Assembly (NCBI GenBank): GCA_044892525.1
Contig: CM097885.1
Span: 25,484,001-25,548,000, forward strand
DNA from: Schmidtea polychroa
Lineage: Eukaryota
Reading direction: 5' to 3'
DNA length: 64,000 bases
Below the pieces are notes generated by a model, which was not told the origin of the DNA, ran no database searches, and saw only the letters and a program-made list of their open reading frames with translations. Position numbers and translations under genes: made by a program. Numbering within the stretch: the first letter of the stretch is position 1; each line of letters opens with the position of its first letter. Below, in pieces: positions 62,941-64,000 of the stretch.

Positions 62941-64000
62941 ACTAATATCAAAAAAGTGTTGGTTGGGGCCCCTTAAATTAAAATCCTGCCCCCCTTCTGG
63001 GGCCTGTCCGGGGGCTTCGGCTTTCCTGAATGTAGTTTTTTTAGAAATTTGACGATTTCCTGAATAATGGAGTCATTGTTTGTTAATGAGCAACGGATTT
63101 TCATTGCAACCGGTTTCAGTTTATATAGCAAATTCACTGGATCAATCACTATCTACACTGTTATATTAATTGAGCAAGTTTATCAAGGGTAAAACAATGA
63201 TTTCTCATCGAATGTTTCTATAATTTCTTTGACTTTTCTATAGTTTCTTACAATTTCCTGGTTTCTCTCGAATTTTAGTTTTTCTCTACCTTTTCTCCGA
63301 TTTTTCCCCTTTCGGTCTATTGCGGCCTATTCTTTTATATCATTTGATAGATAAGCCAATTATTGAATAAATCTCTAGTTTTAACCAGTTAATTACTGAT
63401 TCAAATTAGCCGATCACCTCCCAAACAGCGGTTCTCGTAAACCGTAATTATTTATCTGAATTAGGCGAACCTCTGCACTGTTCCAACATATATCTTATTC
63501 TCATTCATAATGATGGAATTACAATTTTTTTTAATTTAAACTTCATCTACTCCAATTTAGATTACATTTTCTTCCTTAAAATTAAAATTTTAATAAACAT
63601 TATACAATCGTATTGTCGGACAGTTAAACTGGCATTTGTCGTTAATACTTTAGACTTATTGTACAATGTGGACCGAGTCATTGTGTAACGTCCTAATGCT
63701 CTGAATAAGTTTACTTTCAGATACCTTTGCGTCACGATACCATACTCGCAAAAAGTAAATTGAGCAAATCTGTAACTCAACCGGCAAGTTTAAAATCGGA
63801 TAAGATTAAACTTTAGTTTGAACGTCGCATCCTAGATCTTGATCTACATTACAATAAGGGTCTACTTGATCGAAGTTCAGTATATAAGATCAAGTAGATA
63901 AATGAAGTTTATTACGATACAGAAATTCTTAGTTTCATTCAATGAATTTACAATGAGCTCAATATTGTTGCTCATTTAGCAAATATCTTATGCATTGTTC

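Noticed and set aside
63535..63557. CATCTACT as another Polinton terminus
   Set aside because: Only 8 bp match, and the subterminal GGTGACC/GACCTTGA motifs are absent.

Overview
Very AT-rich eukaryotic (animal-type) genomic DNA with spliceosomal GT-AG introns and long (AAT)n/(AT)n microsatellites; a flatworm-like invertebrate is my inference, not established. It is gene-poor and dominated by transposons. Host genes: a single-exon UQCC2-like CDS (6219-6515, -), a two-exon HAD-fold-like gene (12264-12381 + 15930-16891, +) and a decayed RNF115/126-like RING gene (36087-36655). Main mobile structures: (1) a non-autonomous Polinton/Maverick-like element (48700-57110) with AGTAGATGG...CCATCTACT termini, long TIRs and a perfect 6-bp TSD (GATTTT). 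It carries a truncated protein-primed PolB, an internal third terminus, and a young intact Ty3/Gypsy (51845-57012) inserted in its right TIR. (2) A nest of a hAT (18575-27952) containing a Gypsy (19514-25872), which in turn holds a second hAT (21821-24618) and a MITE (19645-19774); all TSDs are readable. (3) A second pPolB pseudogene (1-1269), a Polinton packaging-ATPase fragment (42228-42470) and scattered Polinton-type termini. (4) Relics of pogo/Tigger, piggyBac, MULE, Buster-hAT, LINE and LTR elements. Notable small signals: a minimal type I hammerhead ribozyme preceded by a U1-snRNA-5'-like motif in the sense strand of a host intron (12937-13023), a -1 frameshift signal in the intact Gypsy, Gag start codons built from the LTR/PBS junction, and an orphan, possibly viral, split ORF (39672-40330). 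All family calls come from motif recognition by eye; no database searches were run.
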